A DNA stretch of 64,000 nt from NCBI RefSeq assembly GCF_964204645.1, contig NC_134028.1:14081653-14145652 (forward strand), written 5' to 3'. Below the pieces are notes generated by a model that had not been told where the DNA came from, searched no databases, and was given only the letters and a program-made list of their open reading frames with translations. The translations under genes were made by a program, and so were the position numbers. Below, one piece after another: positions 10,355 to 22,619 of the stretch. Within the stretch, counting starts at the first letter, position 1, and every line of letters starts with the position of its first letter. Origin of the DNA: Tubulanus polymorphus. Its lineage: Eukaryota > Animalia > Nemertea.

Positions 10355-13300
10355 TTAAAATTTAATTTCTTCAATAAACATTTCATGATCTTCAGATCTT
10401 AAACATCTCATCTTATGTTTTCTAACTTCTTCATTGAATATACAATTGATGTAATCTTTGAAATGAATATTCTTTTCTACTACACTTTTGGTTATTCCTT
10501 TTAACTTTTTAGCTTCATGTTCTTTCGTTTTATATGAATACATTTTAGATCTAATACCAATGAATTCAATCGATTCTTCGCCACCTAATTCATCCTTAAA
10601 CTTCCCTGGAACTTTTTTATTATCATTGCTAAACAATTCATGATCTTTAGGATAGTTACTGAAATCAAAATGATGTTTTAATGTTTTTAAATCATCAGTT
10701 ATGTTATCAGTTTTTATCTTTAATATGTAACTGTCGGTATCAAAATATAATATTTCTATATGTTTTTCTCCAAAAAGTGGTTGTAATACATTATAATAGA
10801 ATTCATACATTAGTAATTTTGATAATTCTAAAACTGAAGCACCAACATAGATTGGTTTATTAAATTTCATTGATGTTCTTCTCATCTTAACTGCAGCTAA
10901 ATTTTCGTCAAATATTCTCTTACCAATGAACTTAGGATATGATTGTAAATGTCTAATTCTTTTACCATTACTGACTAACTCAATATCATTTCTATTTCTA
11001 ATATTTTCACAAGTCTTACCATAGAATGCATTGTTCATTAACTTGAAGAAATCTTTCTCGAAATCAGTTTTAGCTTCAGTTCTCTGTTAGGTGTTAAAAT
11101 CTATATATTTTTCTAACCACTTAGATTGGCTGAATGAAATATATCTATGTACTTTTTTTATGATCATTCCTTGATTCAAATAAAACTTTAACATTCTGTA
11201 ATGTACTACATAATTATATTTATCTTCTTGAGTTACCATTAACTTTTCTGTATGAATATGATTTTCGGGTTTAATTCTTTTTTGATAATTTGATAATTCT
11301 TCATGTGTTACAGTTTTATGTTCGGGACAGTAAGCTAGATTTCTAGATTTAAATTTTTGATCTTCAGGATATTCTAAATCTACAACAAAGAAGTAACCAG
11401 TATCTGAATCATCTGCAATATCTAGAATTCTTTTCTTCCAATCAAATTTATCATTATTTTCATTCTGTAAAACTTCAGTTAATTCAAATACTCCATAAGG
11501 TTGTGGTTCCATCATTGCCCAACCATACAAATTATTTGCATCTATATATAATAACTTATATCCAGGGTTATCATTTACATAGAAATATCTATCACCTAAT
11601 ACACCTGAAACTCCTCCTCTTATAGATTTTTCAAATAATAGTAATTGATCTATATTTGTTAACAAATCCATTTTTATATCTGTAAATTTTAATCCACAAT
11701 CCCATGTTAAACCTGGTGATGAATAACAATGACAAGGATCAATTTTTACATATTTTAGGTTTACATCTCTAAACCTTTCGAATATATCAAGTAATAATAA
11801 TGCATCAGATTTTAAATATAAATCTACTAATTGTCCATGATTTGTTATTTTAAAATGATTCCAAATATTCAAAGTTCTATTATATACTTCATCTTTAACA
11901 TATTCATTTTTTAATTCATCATAGAATTGTTCTTTGAATAATTCAGTTATATTGAAATCATTATGCGATTTATAAAATGAATATGGTATTGCGCCTTTAT
12001 ATCTCATTAATTGAAAAACATCATTATTTGGGTAGTGTTGTTTTAATATCTTTAATTCATCATCAACTAATGATTTTGATAAGTTATCTAATGAACTACT
12101 AAAAAATCTACATGAATCTATAAATCTTAGACACCCAAATTGGAATGATATATAATTCTCAGATGTTTTAGCTAACATTTTAAATTTATAAGTTTGTATT
12201 TTATCTTTTGATCTATTTGAATTTAATCTTTCTATTTCATTAATGATTTCTACTATTTAATGGCATAACTGTTTGATGAATAAATGAGCATCATACCCTG
12301 ATAAAATATGAAATATTACTGGAACAAAGTTAATTTTCTTAGCTTGTAAGTTACAATTCTCATGCGCTGCGCCTCTAAACTTTCCATTCAAATGATCATG
12401 GTCTCTTACTTTTTTATCTTTAAAATTAAATAGTTTTTCACAATAAAAACATTTATCAGCAAACTCAAATTTTTCTTTATCTTCTTCTGTCATAATTATT
12501 TCTTTATTTGTATCTAATAGTTTACTAAATTTGATTTCATATTCAATTAATAAGTCACAAAAATGATTGATAACATTTTCATTTCTGTAATTATAATATT
12601 CACTTTCAATTAGTTCTGGATAATCAGATTTTATATATAACTCGAAAGCTGCAGCTGATTGATGAATCTTTTTAATTGTATTTGTTATTAGGGGATCTGA
12701 ATAGTCAATTACATCATTTTCATTAGAATTTAATTTCTTTCTATTATAATATATTTCTTTTCTATCTTGATCAGTTAATTCTTTATTGAGAGATTCAAAA
12801 TCTCCATATATTACAAATGGTACTTTATTCTTGTAATCATATTTTTTGAATTCTAATACTTTATCCTTTTCATTTGGTAAAACTTTTTTACAATAATCAT
12901 GGTTATCACATAATTGTTTATGATTTAATAATGCGCTTTCAGTTCTGAATTTAGTTATACATTTTCTACATGGATATATTTTATTATCAAAATCATTTTC
13001 TGATTTGAAAAATAAATCAATTATTTTAATCCATATATAATGATTCTCATAATATAGTATATCTATAACATCATTTGAATCGTAATCTTCTGATAAATAC
13101 AAATGTTCTAATGTATAATGCTTTATGTTTTTACCTTTTGTTTTTGGCATTTTGACTAAACACATCTATCTTTATATTATTATCTCTTTCTATTTTTGGG
13201 ATATTTTTAATTCTAACAGGATAATTGTCTACCTTATAATTATTTTCAAATGGTTTATAATTTGATACTCTACAAATATTATCAGTTGCAGGATGTAAGC

Positions 13301-14243
13301 AACTAATTATTGACCATAGAAAGCATTTATCATCAGAATTTTGTACATTTATAACAGCATTAGTTTTAAATGGTAATTTGATATAACTTGACCTATTTAT
13401 ATTATCATCTTTATAATATGCTAAATTATTTTCATCTATTGGTTTTGATTTAGTTAACGTATTATATTTTGTGTTATTAACATGTGAAGTCATAAATATT
13501 ATTTCATCAAAAATTAAACCAGACCCTTCAAAATATTTCTCTTCGATTTTACTATTTATTTCATTATAACATTTATCTAATTTATCATCTATATGTTGTT
13601 TTGAAATAATATGTTGTGAGTGGGAATTTATATTATATATTAGTTTATCTTCAGATTTTATAAATTCAACTTTAGATGATATACTAATTTTAGGGTATTC
13701 AACATCAGTAATTATTCTTATACTATTTTTCATATTTTCTAAATGTTTTTTATTTTCTTCTAATATTTTTCCTTTATGAAATTTAAACTCGATAGCTGCT
13801 GGACCAATATCACTTTTAAATGCTTCGGTTATCTCTATTTCTTTTTTATTATCTAATGAATTAATATAATTTCTAACATCTTCCATGTATGGTATTTTAT
13901 TATTTAATTTATTTTTTATTCTTTTAATTGCCTTCTGTTTCTTATCATTATCTTTGTCAAAATAATCTTCACCTAAAATATCATTATTCATATTTCTAAT
14001 ATGACTATTAGTTTTTAAATGTTCTTTATAATATCTTTTATCACTGAATGATTGATTACATGTATCACATTTATATATTTCTTTTTCAATATTTAATTAA
14101 TCTAATTTAGTTTCTAATATATCATCTTTATATTTTAACTTTAATCTATTTGCTAAATGTGTTCTAGTTTTATTGTGTCTTGCTTTTTGGGATTTATCTA
14201 TATTGATTTTACATGTTGGACAGTAGTACTAATTTGCTTCCAT
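10355..14243 (-). pseudogene. Protein-primed family B DNA polymerase, fragmented
   Basis: YIDANNLYGWAM, KLMNNAFYGK and YFDTDS motifs; vOTU-like NSDDKCFLW..HY; EndoVII-like DHDHLNGKFRG; several stops and frameshifts. Confidence 0.95.
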
Positions 14244-14284
14244 TTTAATACTAAATTTTTTATTAAAATTGGTTTTCAAATAAT

Positions 14285-14910
14285 GCGTATTAGATACGTA
14301 TTAGCTGCGTGTCTTTAATGTCTTTAGTAGTATTTTTGGTACTTTTAGTACATAAAGAATAAATATTTATTTTATTAGCACTGAATAAAATTATTTTCAA
14401 AACTACTAAACTACTAAAGACAATAGAGACATAACAAACACATAGATTTATCATTACCGAATCAAATATATATAATAAATCTGTGAGATAAATAAATCTA
14501 TGATATTCATTACTGAATCTAATATATATGATAAATCTATTGGTGTTTGCAGTGTCTTTATTGTGTTTAGTCATTTTAGTACATAAAGAATATATCTTTA
14601 TTTTATTAGTACTTAGAAAAATAAATATATAAATAATTTTTATATGTGATAAATCTATGATATTTATCATTATTGAAACAGTAATATATAATAAATCTGT
14701 GTGATGAATAAATATTATTTTTGAAACAGTAATATATAAAATCCATCAGATGAATAAATATAATTATTGAAACGGTAATATATATATTTATATCTTTATC
14801 TCTTCAGTAGTTTAGTAGTTCTATTTTATTTTTGAAACTACTTATAATATAAAGATTTATTCTTTGTGTACTATAAGTACTAAAACTACTAAAGGCAATA
14901 AAGAATAAAG
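14285..14910. repeat. Central intergenic region bounded by ~55 bp inverted repeats, with internal direct repeats
   Basis: CTTTAGTAG..TAGTACATAAAGAATAAAT (~14320-14365) versus ATTTATTCTTTGTGTACTA..CTACTAAAG (~14855-14895); repeated TTGAAACAGTAATATA and ATAAATCT. Confidence 0.7.
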
Positions 14911-14939
14911 ACATAGAGGGTATTATATTCATATTTTAA

Positions 14940-16085
14940 ATTACTTTTCTGATTCTAATTCTAACCACAAATTGTGCCGTGCATCTCTTAATTCTTGTAA
15001 TTTTCTATTGCCTTCAACTTCACCTAATAGTTTAGTATGATAACCATCATCAGCCTTCAAACCTTTAGCATACAATTCATAAGTTAAATAAATATATTTA
15101 TTTAATTGATTTTCACTTATATTTTTATATTTATTTTTTGCATCATTTCTTATTTCATTTATAACATTTTGTGAAAAATCTTCAAAACTGTATTATTGAA
15201 TTATTTCATCAAAGTTATCGATTTTATCATCATTAGCAGCAACTTTTTTCAATTCTGTTAAAAAATCTGTATTTTCAAATTGTATGAAATAATGTATACC
15301 CGAATAATCACCTGAAAATGTTTTTATATCTGTCCAATTAGTTTTTAGATCTGATAATACTTCTTTTGGATTATTTCTTACATAACCGATAAAAATTGAT
15401 CTATATAATTTCCTATGATTATTATTTTCGATATCAAAAATTACAGTTGGTACTCTATAAAGGCGTTTTGAATCAATAGCTTTTATTGTATGTTCAATCG
15501 AATTATCATGTTTAATTTTATCTTTAGGTAATACAACAACATTACACTTTTCAAATATATTTCTTTCTACATTATCTAAATGTATTTGAGTTAATTTATG
15601 CTTTGAAAAATTACTACGACTTATATATTTATCACATTCTTCACAATATTTATCATTGTTATTATCTTCTTCAGTATTACAATTATCAATTTCACTATTA
15701 TTATTCAATTCATTTATAGTCTTATTCTTATTTTTCTTATGCTTGAGTGAATTAAGATAAGTTGCCCAATTCTTATAACTTTTATACTGTTTACATACGT
15801 CACAATATTTTTCATTTGTCTTTTTTGTTTTGATATCAGGTTCAATCTTATCATCATTCGATGGAGAAGGCATAATATTATCTTCTATTTTAGATTCAAT
15901 ATTATCTTCTATTTTAGGTTCAATATTATTATCTATTTTTGTTTCAATATTATTATCTATTTTACTTATTCTATATTTGAAATGATTAAAGTATTCTCCA
16001 AGATACTTACTATATTCATCATAAGGTATTATATAATATATATCATTTCACTTGGACATTGTATTTCATATATTCCTCCTTCCAT
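14940..16085 (-). pseudogene. Variable C2H2 zinc-finger protein
   Basis: MEGGIYEIQ start at 16085; YCDVCKQY..HK and YCEECDKYISRSNFSKHKLTQIH fingers; frameshifted. Confidence 0.72.
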
Positions 16086-16117
16086 TGATTATTAATTTTT
16101 TTATTAAAATTAAAATT

Positions 16118-17151
16118 TTAATACATAACACTACTCAATTGAGAATTCATGATATTTAATTGCGCGTCAGAAATAATATAAATGTGCATTTTGAAATGTT
16201 TGATTCCTTACTTCTTTTTTATGAATAATTGTATCCCATCTTTAGTGTTCTGTAATTTTTTCCCAGAACCATGTAATGAATTATCCTCTGTTGTTCTAAA
16301 ATCTAACCATAATGCGTATTTATTGCCGGTATACTAACCAATTTGATTAATATTACAATTTTCAGATGATTTTACTTTTTCATTCATAAAATGTTTTCTA
16401 ATTTCTGGCCACTGATCTATCATTCTCATTCCTAGACAGAATATTCTATTTGCTATACCTTCGATAGTTATTTCTACTTTTGTTATTTTTATGATTATAA
16501 TAATTATCAACATTTATTGCACCATTAGAATATGTTGCCATTGTGAAAAATATTAATATACCTTTAATAGATCTTCTAGGGAAGTTAATATTCTCATTAA
16601 TTATTTCATCATTTGCATTAATAGTTACAGTTTTAAATTTATCAATATAATCATATAAAAATGAAAATCCCTGATTGTATTGAGTTTGAATTATGCTAGC
16701 AATATTTTCATCAGTTACTGTATCATATTCTAAACATTTATTCGATAATTTATAATTTATTTTGGTTTTCTGATTGGATGCCTTGAAATATCATATTATT
16801 TCTATTTTCTTTTGTTAACCATAAATCTTTATAATGCGTAAAAAAATTATAATCATCTAATGAGAAAACTGTTTCTGGTCCAATCTTTATAGTTAATTTT
16901 TTAATCAAATTTCTTCCAACATAATCAACAACATAATTATTATTATTACCAGTTACTTTTATATCAGCTGATAAATAAATACTATTTGGAATATAAAAAG
17001 TATTTTGTGTTAATCTTGGGATTTTAACAGATAAAGTTTCATCAGGATTAATATTAGAAGGATTATGGGTAATTATATGATGAGATCTTTCTGCTTTAAT
17101 AGCATTAGATATTCTAGAATTCTTAGAAGGATTTATGTAACTCCCACTCAT
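16118..17151 (-). pseudogene. Major capsid protein with internal deletion
   Basis: Homologous to 34987-36235; deletion near 16745. Confidence 0.85.
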
Positions 17152-17167
17152 TTATTTAAGAAAAAAA

Positions 17168-18606
17168 ATTACTTATTTATTTTGATCATATTCACTAACC
17201 GAAAAATAATAGCACTTACAACTGTAATTAAAAATAAGACAATATGTTCAGCATCAAAGTTAGTAATGTTTCCTGCAGATTTCAATATAAAACCAACAAT
17301 TGATGCAATAACTCCTGGTAAAGCTGCAGCAGTATTTTTAGATAGTTCCCATAGCTATTTTGCTAATTTCTTTAAATCATCCTTAACTTTATCTTGTATA
17401 GAATTATTACTCGGAGGTTTATCCGGTTTATTGGGAGTAGGTGGAGATTTTAAAGCATTTGATATTGCTAAACCTATTGTCGTAAATACCATAGTTACAG
17501 CTGTTAGAATTGAAAGAATTGTTATACCTTCTAGTTTAAATAATAATTTTATTCTATCTTTTAATGATATTTCAGAATTTGGTTTCATCAACAAATCTTT
17601 AAAGATAACTTTTAATCTATCAATATTATAATCGTATGATTTGAATAATAATTTAATTTCTTCTTTTTGTAATTCTATGTTATATTCTAAATCATCAATT
17701 TCTTTTTCTAAATATGCATTTCTTTTTTTAAATTCAATTTCTTCAATAACTTTATTATCTCTATCTAATTTTAATTGTTCTATTTCTTTAATTTTATCAG
17801 TTCTATCTTTTTCCAAAGTTCTAATTTTAAAATTTCTTATACTTTTATCATGCGCAAATTTATCAGATGCAAGTCTTATACTAATAATTTCTCTAATTGC
17901 TTTATCAGAAAATATATTTTAATTTTCTTATTCTTGATCTGTTGCATCAAGTAACCCATTTGGTAAAAAATTTTCAATTGGAACTTTATTTGATTTAAGT
18001 TTACCAGAAGTTGTTTTTGTTTCTAAATTATTATCAATTGTTTCAAATAAGTCATTAATTCTTTGTTTAAATACTCTTTTATTTTGATTTATTTCTTCTC
18101 GTGTAACATTTTCTATTTCATTACTATTACTTATTCTTTCAATTCTAGATGGTTCTAAATTACTCAACGTTGACTCTGCTAATATTTTGTTGTTTTTTTT
18201 TATAAGAGATGTCAATATAATAATCATCTTTCAAATGATAATAATATTCACCATCTAAAGATTTTTATTTTTGTACTAAAAGTCTAGCACCTCTATCATT
18301 GATATTATATCCAGATCTTTCAAATATATGTTTGAAATTATAAATATATTCATTATATTCGAAATTTTGTTTTAATAAATCTGGATTTTCATTTTCAGGA
18401 TTTATTCTCGATCTAGTTCTTCTATCAAATCCATCTGTTGATGGGCCTTTAGAACCACTATCTGCTAAATTAGAACTATATGCTGTTTCGTCATCATTAT
18501 CAATATTAGTTTCAGCATCATTATCATTATAATCATCATCAATATACCCATCATTATTATTTCCCATTTCTCCCATTTCATTATCTTCTCCACCTTCTAC
18601 TTCCAT
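17168..18606 (-). pseudogene. Coiled-coil membrane protein (variant A), fragmented
   Basis: ORFs 18265, 17928 and 17355 align with 33486. Confidence 0.8.
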
Positions 18607-18622
18607 TTATATCTTATAAAAA

Positions 18623-19922
18623 TTAAAATTTAGAATATAATATTCCTCCGATTACAATTCCTATACAAGTTATAGCTTATTTAATATTTTCATGGGATTT
18701 ATTATCATTATCAGTTTTAATTATATCATGTTGAATATTATCAGTTTTTCTATGTTCTGTAGTATTGTAATCTTTTATTTTAGAATCATTATCCAATTTA
18801 ATATTCTTAGTTTTAGTTTCAGTTGATTGAATATGTTTTTTAATTTTTTCACCTTCCATTAGTTTTGGAGCAGTAATAATCTTTTTATTTATATCATTCA
18901 ATCCAAACTTATTATTTATTGTTGCAGTCTTAATTAGATTATTATAACAAATTATATTTCCCATCTTTAAAACTAAATCATTAGAAATAATTAATAAATT
19001 GGGTCATATACAATAATTTAATCTAATATGTGATTTACCTAAATAATTTTGGTACCTAACTATGTTTTCTGGAATCGATGTATTTTTATCATTATGAATG
19101 GAATCTTCAAGTAATACTTTGAATTGTTTCTGCGCATCGAATGAAGTGTTATCATTTCCAACTATTGGTGATCTTGTTTCAACTTGCGCACCTAAAATAC
19201 ATATCAAATAAGTTCTAATAGATTGATTTATTCTTTGTATACCTGATTTTGTAAAACCTTCACTATTTTCTAAAATGAAATTAATCCAACCATTATTATT
19301 ATCAATTTTATAATTATGATAAGCTCCAATTCTATGCATATAATCAATTCTTTTTATTTCATACTGTCCACCAACACCTTGCAATTTACCATGCGCTCTA
19401 AAATCGGAATTATTATTTATATTAAATTCATTACATATTTTATAAAACTTAGATAGATTAATATTATTATCCAATTCTTTAAAATATTTAGATCTGGGCA
19501 AAGGACATTCTAATTCATTTAATATTATTCTGATTTGAAAATACGTGTGAAATCTAAATATTGTGTGAATTAATTTTAAATCAGAATTCAAATTTTATCT
19601 AAGTTATTTAAATGATTATTCCAACTTATACCACAACCAGTTGTTGCACAATAAACAGCAAAATTTAATCGATTCTGCCAATATTTCATATTAGATTTTA
19701 CTTTATATATATATGATATTCATCTCGAGTAAAAGTAACTTCATATGTATTAAATATATTTTCCATTTTAGAAATAAAAAACTGTGTTTCAGTAACATAA
19801 ATTTCTAAATTAGTTAATGAATTTAAACCTAAATTTTTATATGTAATATTTCTATTAAAATCTATTGCAGGAATATTATATTTAATTGATTTATTATATT
19901 GGAAAGCTTTTGGAAACCCCAT
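18623..19922 (-). pseudogene. Conserved ~440 aa Polinton protein with C-terminal TM, fragmented
   Basis: FRFHTYFQIRIIL and YLICILGAQVETRS motifs shared with 41905 and 43104. Confidence 0.8.
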
Positions 19923-19939
19923 TTATATAATTAAAAAAA

Positions 19940-20373
19940 TAATAATTTGCTAATTCTTTTAATAACTTATCATGTTCTTCAACTGTTATATTACCATTTA
20001 AACTTATTATATAATTTAATGTATTTTTTTATTTATTTATTTCTTTTATATTAGTTTTAGTTTTTTCTTTATTACTTTTTATATTTGATTTTGAACTAAT
20101 ACCAGTTAAAACACTTGATGATAATCCTAGCACGCCAATTGATATAGCTAAAGGTGTTAATGGACTGAATATTGCTAGAAATGTTGTTACAAAACTAATT
20201 GTAACTGAGCCACTGATAATAAAATAATAGATAATTTTACTTTTTAAATATTTTTTCTTTTTTATCTTTAAGGCATTTTCAAATTCTAATATTTGTTTTT
20301 CCAAATATAATTTTAATTTAGTTTCATTTATATCATGAGGAATAATATTAACACCACCAACTTTATCATCCAT
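19940..20373 (-). pseudogene. Two-TM small protein, premature stop
   Basis: Homolog of 44317-44751. Confidence 0.75.
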
Positions 20374-20392
20374 TTATTTAGAAAAGAAATTA

Positions 20393-20816
20393 CTAATTAG
20401 TAAATTTATATGCTACAAATGTAACAATAACTGTTCCACCTAAAATCCATATTATTTCATATTTCTGTTGTTCTTTACTTGGGGTATAATAATCTGATAA
20501 TTTAGGTTTCTATAGATGTAATTTTTCTTAATTTGTTGCTGCGTTATATAAACTCATTGCATCATCAACTGATTGAAAATCTCTATGTGAAATCTTCTGA
20601 TCATATAATTCTTTGTTAATATAATCCATATAGTTTTGCCTCTTTTCTCTATATTCTTCTGCTGATTTATTATATTTCTCTAATTCTAAGTTATTTCTTT
20701 TTTGTTCTGATAATGAATCCCATTTTTATCAATATGCTTGAATAAATAACACCACCTGTAAATGCTAAAGCGTTAACAATTGCCGATCCTATAATAGTTA
20801 TAATTGCAGATGCCAT
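20393..20816 (-). pseudogene. MASAII.. membrane protein, frameshifted
   Basis: Homolog of 31196-31618. Confidence 0.75.
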
Positions 20817-20840
20817 TTATTTAGCAAAAAAATTGTACAT

Positions 20841-21062
20841 TTATATAGGAGGAATATATTTTTGTTTTTCCAAATAATCAATTGTTAAATTAGATAAAGT
20901 AACTGCTAACGTTAATTTTAAAATATCATTTATATCAAATCTATCAACATTAACACTTCCCATTTTAAATACTTCTTTTAATACCATTGAATAACCAACA
21001 GTTCCAACTGATAGTAAGGCACCATTATATAATCCAGTTATTATCCACTTATTATCACTCAT
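20841..21062 (-). CDS. 73 aa hydrophobic protein
   Basis: Three near-identical intact copies (20841, 30950, 45213). Confidence 0.8.
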   Translation of the reverse strand: MSDNKWIITGLYNGALLSVGTVGYSMVLKEVFKMGSVNVDRFDINDILKLTLAVTLSNLTIDYLEKQKYIPPI

Positions 21063-21394
21063 TTATTTATCAAAAAATTACTTTCTTCAAAATATTTAGT
21101 TATCTTAGTTATAATTATTTCAACATTTAAAGTATTATTAGTTTTATGATTATCATATATTTTGGATAATGTGTTTTTAATATCATCGATAATTCCATCT
21201 TCATTTAGTTCAAAATATTCTAAAGGCGTTTTGATTAAATCAATTACTTTTTCTATATTATAATTTTCTTTATTAATAATTGATGCATTGTTACTTTTAA
21301 TATCAGTAATTATATCATTAAGTTTAATTCTCATTTCTCTACCATGTTTAAAATCAAACCCAAAACATATACTCGGTCCAATAGCTATATTCAT
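21059..21394 (-). CDS. 111 aa hypothetical Polinton protein
   Basis: Homolog of 30593 and 45435. Confidence 0.75.
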   Translation of the reverse strand: MNIAIGPSICFGFDFKHGREMRIKLNDIITDIKSNNASIINKENYNIEKVIDLIKTPLEYFELNEDGIIDDIKNTLSKIYDNHKTNNTLNVEIIITKITKYFEESNFLINK

Positions 21395-21411
21395 TTATAT
21401 ATCAAAAAAAA

Positions 21412-22169
21412 TTACTCTTTACATCTTATAACAAATTCATAATTTACAGGTAAATTATTTATATCAATTAAATATCCATTATGATTTCTAATTTCTAATC
21501 TAAAATTATTAAATTTAGGAATGCATGGTTTGAAATCACACTCAGATAACTTATAATTTATCTGCGTTCCAAATTCTTTAACATTCTTCAATGGTGAAAT
21601 GTTTAATAAACCAGAATTACAACTTATATCTTTAGTTGCTTCGAATGTTTTTGTAGGATCAATTAAATTGCAATAAATATAAAAATGCGTGTAAGGTATA
21701 AAGTTTGGTGTAGCATCAATATTTGTAAAAGATCTATCTGGAGGAATTCCTAACAGTTTAGCTATAGGTTTTTTACCATAAATCTATTTGTTTCAATATT
21801 AGACAACCTTATCTTTATTTTGTCAGAACTCTCACTTTATAAAAATCTAATATTAACCCCGGAATTACTACCTGACTTGTGCCAGGCTTTTCTATTAATT
21901 TCTTGTGCCAATGTATCTAAATTATATAACCCTGGTTTTAAATATATAGAGGCCCATTCATTTTTATTTTCATCAAAAATTAAAAAGGCTCTATGTTCAA
22001 TAGTTTTATTCGATATATTGTAAAATGAGTTACATACATTTACATTTACTAATTTTAAATCTACACGATTCTTACATTCTCTTTCTAATTGTACTAGTAA
22101 ATTATGTGATTTATAAAGTGTAAGTCTTCTAGAATCAACAAATATTCTATATTCTTTTAATTCTACCAT
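21412..22169 (-). pseudogene. Minor capsid (penton) protein, frameshifted
   Basis: Homolog of 29821 and 45808. Confidence 0.75.
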
Positions 22170-22186
22170 TTATTTTATATATTTTC

Positions 22187-22467
22187 TTATTCGAAATCTA
22201 TGTCATGGTGCCCTTTTTCATTCTTGCCCTTATATCTGAAATAAAAATCACCTGAACATAATTCTTCTAAATCTTCACTTGATAATCTATGAAATCTATC
22301 TGGTAAATATGTTCTGAATTTATATGTATTTCCTTTTAATCCGTCATATTCTAAGTGGATAACTAATTTACTACCATATCTATTAGTAACTGTATCAATA
22401 TTTGTAATTAGATATTTCTTATGAATTGTTAATTCCGTTAACCTTTTGAATTTATAATCTACTGATT
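22187..22467 (-). pseudogene. Small OB-fold-like ORF, 5' truncated
   Basis: Homolog of 46584-46937. Confidence 0.7.
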
Positions 22468-22604
22468 GTTGTTCTAGATTAAAGGTTGAGGGGGCGAGTG
22501 AGTAAAAAATGAAAAATAAATTCGAGTGTGCGAGAATTTATTTTTCATTTTTTATGAAATCGACCTCTCGACCTTTGATCTAGAACAACTAAACCCATAT
22601 TACT
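22468..22604. repeat. Terminal palindrome of Polinton TIR (inner arm partly deleted)
   Basis: GTTGTTCTAGATTAAAGGT..AAATTCGAGTGTGCGAGAATTT..ACCTTTGATCTAGAACAAC..ATTACT. Confidence 0.88.
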
Positions 22605-22619
22605 CCTATAGCTCTTATA

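Larger units (their letters stand above)
2859..14275 (-). mobile_element. Polinton/Maverick copy A (HNH-side terminus through pPolB start, with internal deletions)
   Basis: AGTAAT terminus cuts the Harbinger exon; carries HNH, integrase, ATPase, zinc-finger ORF, partial MCP, membrane ORF and pPolB. Confidence 0.88.
14280..22604 (-). mobile_element. Polinton copy B (pPolB-deleted arm, decayed)
   Basis: Terminus ATTACT at 22604 joined directly to the OB-like ORF, followed by penton, small ORFs, MCP, zinc-finger ORF and central repeats. Confidence 0.85.

Noticed and set aside
14290-14670. 126 aa hydrophobic ORF
   Set aside because: Lies in the central repeat array and has no homolog in other copies.
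2859-22604. One intact 19.7 kb Polinton between the two termini
   Set aside because: Flanks TGCGTA and CCTATA do not match, Harbinger sequence does not resume, and MCP, ZnF and membrane genes are present twice.
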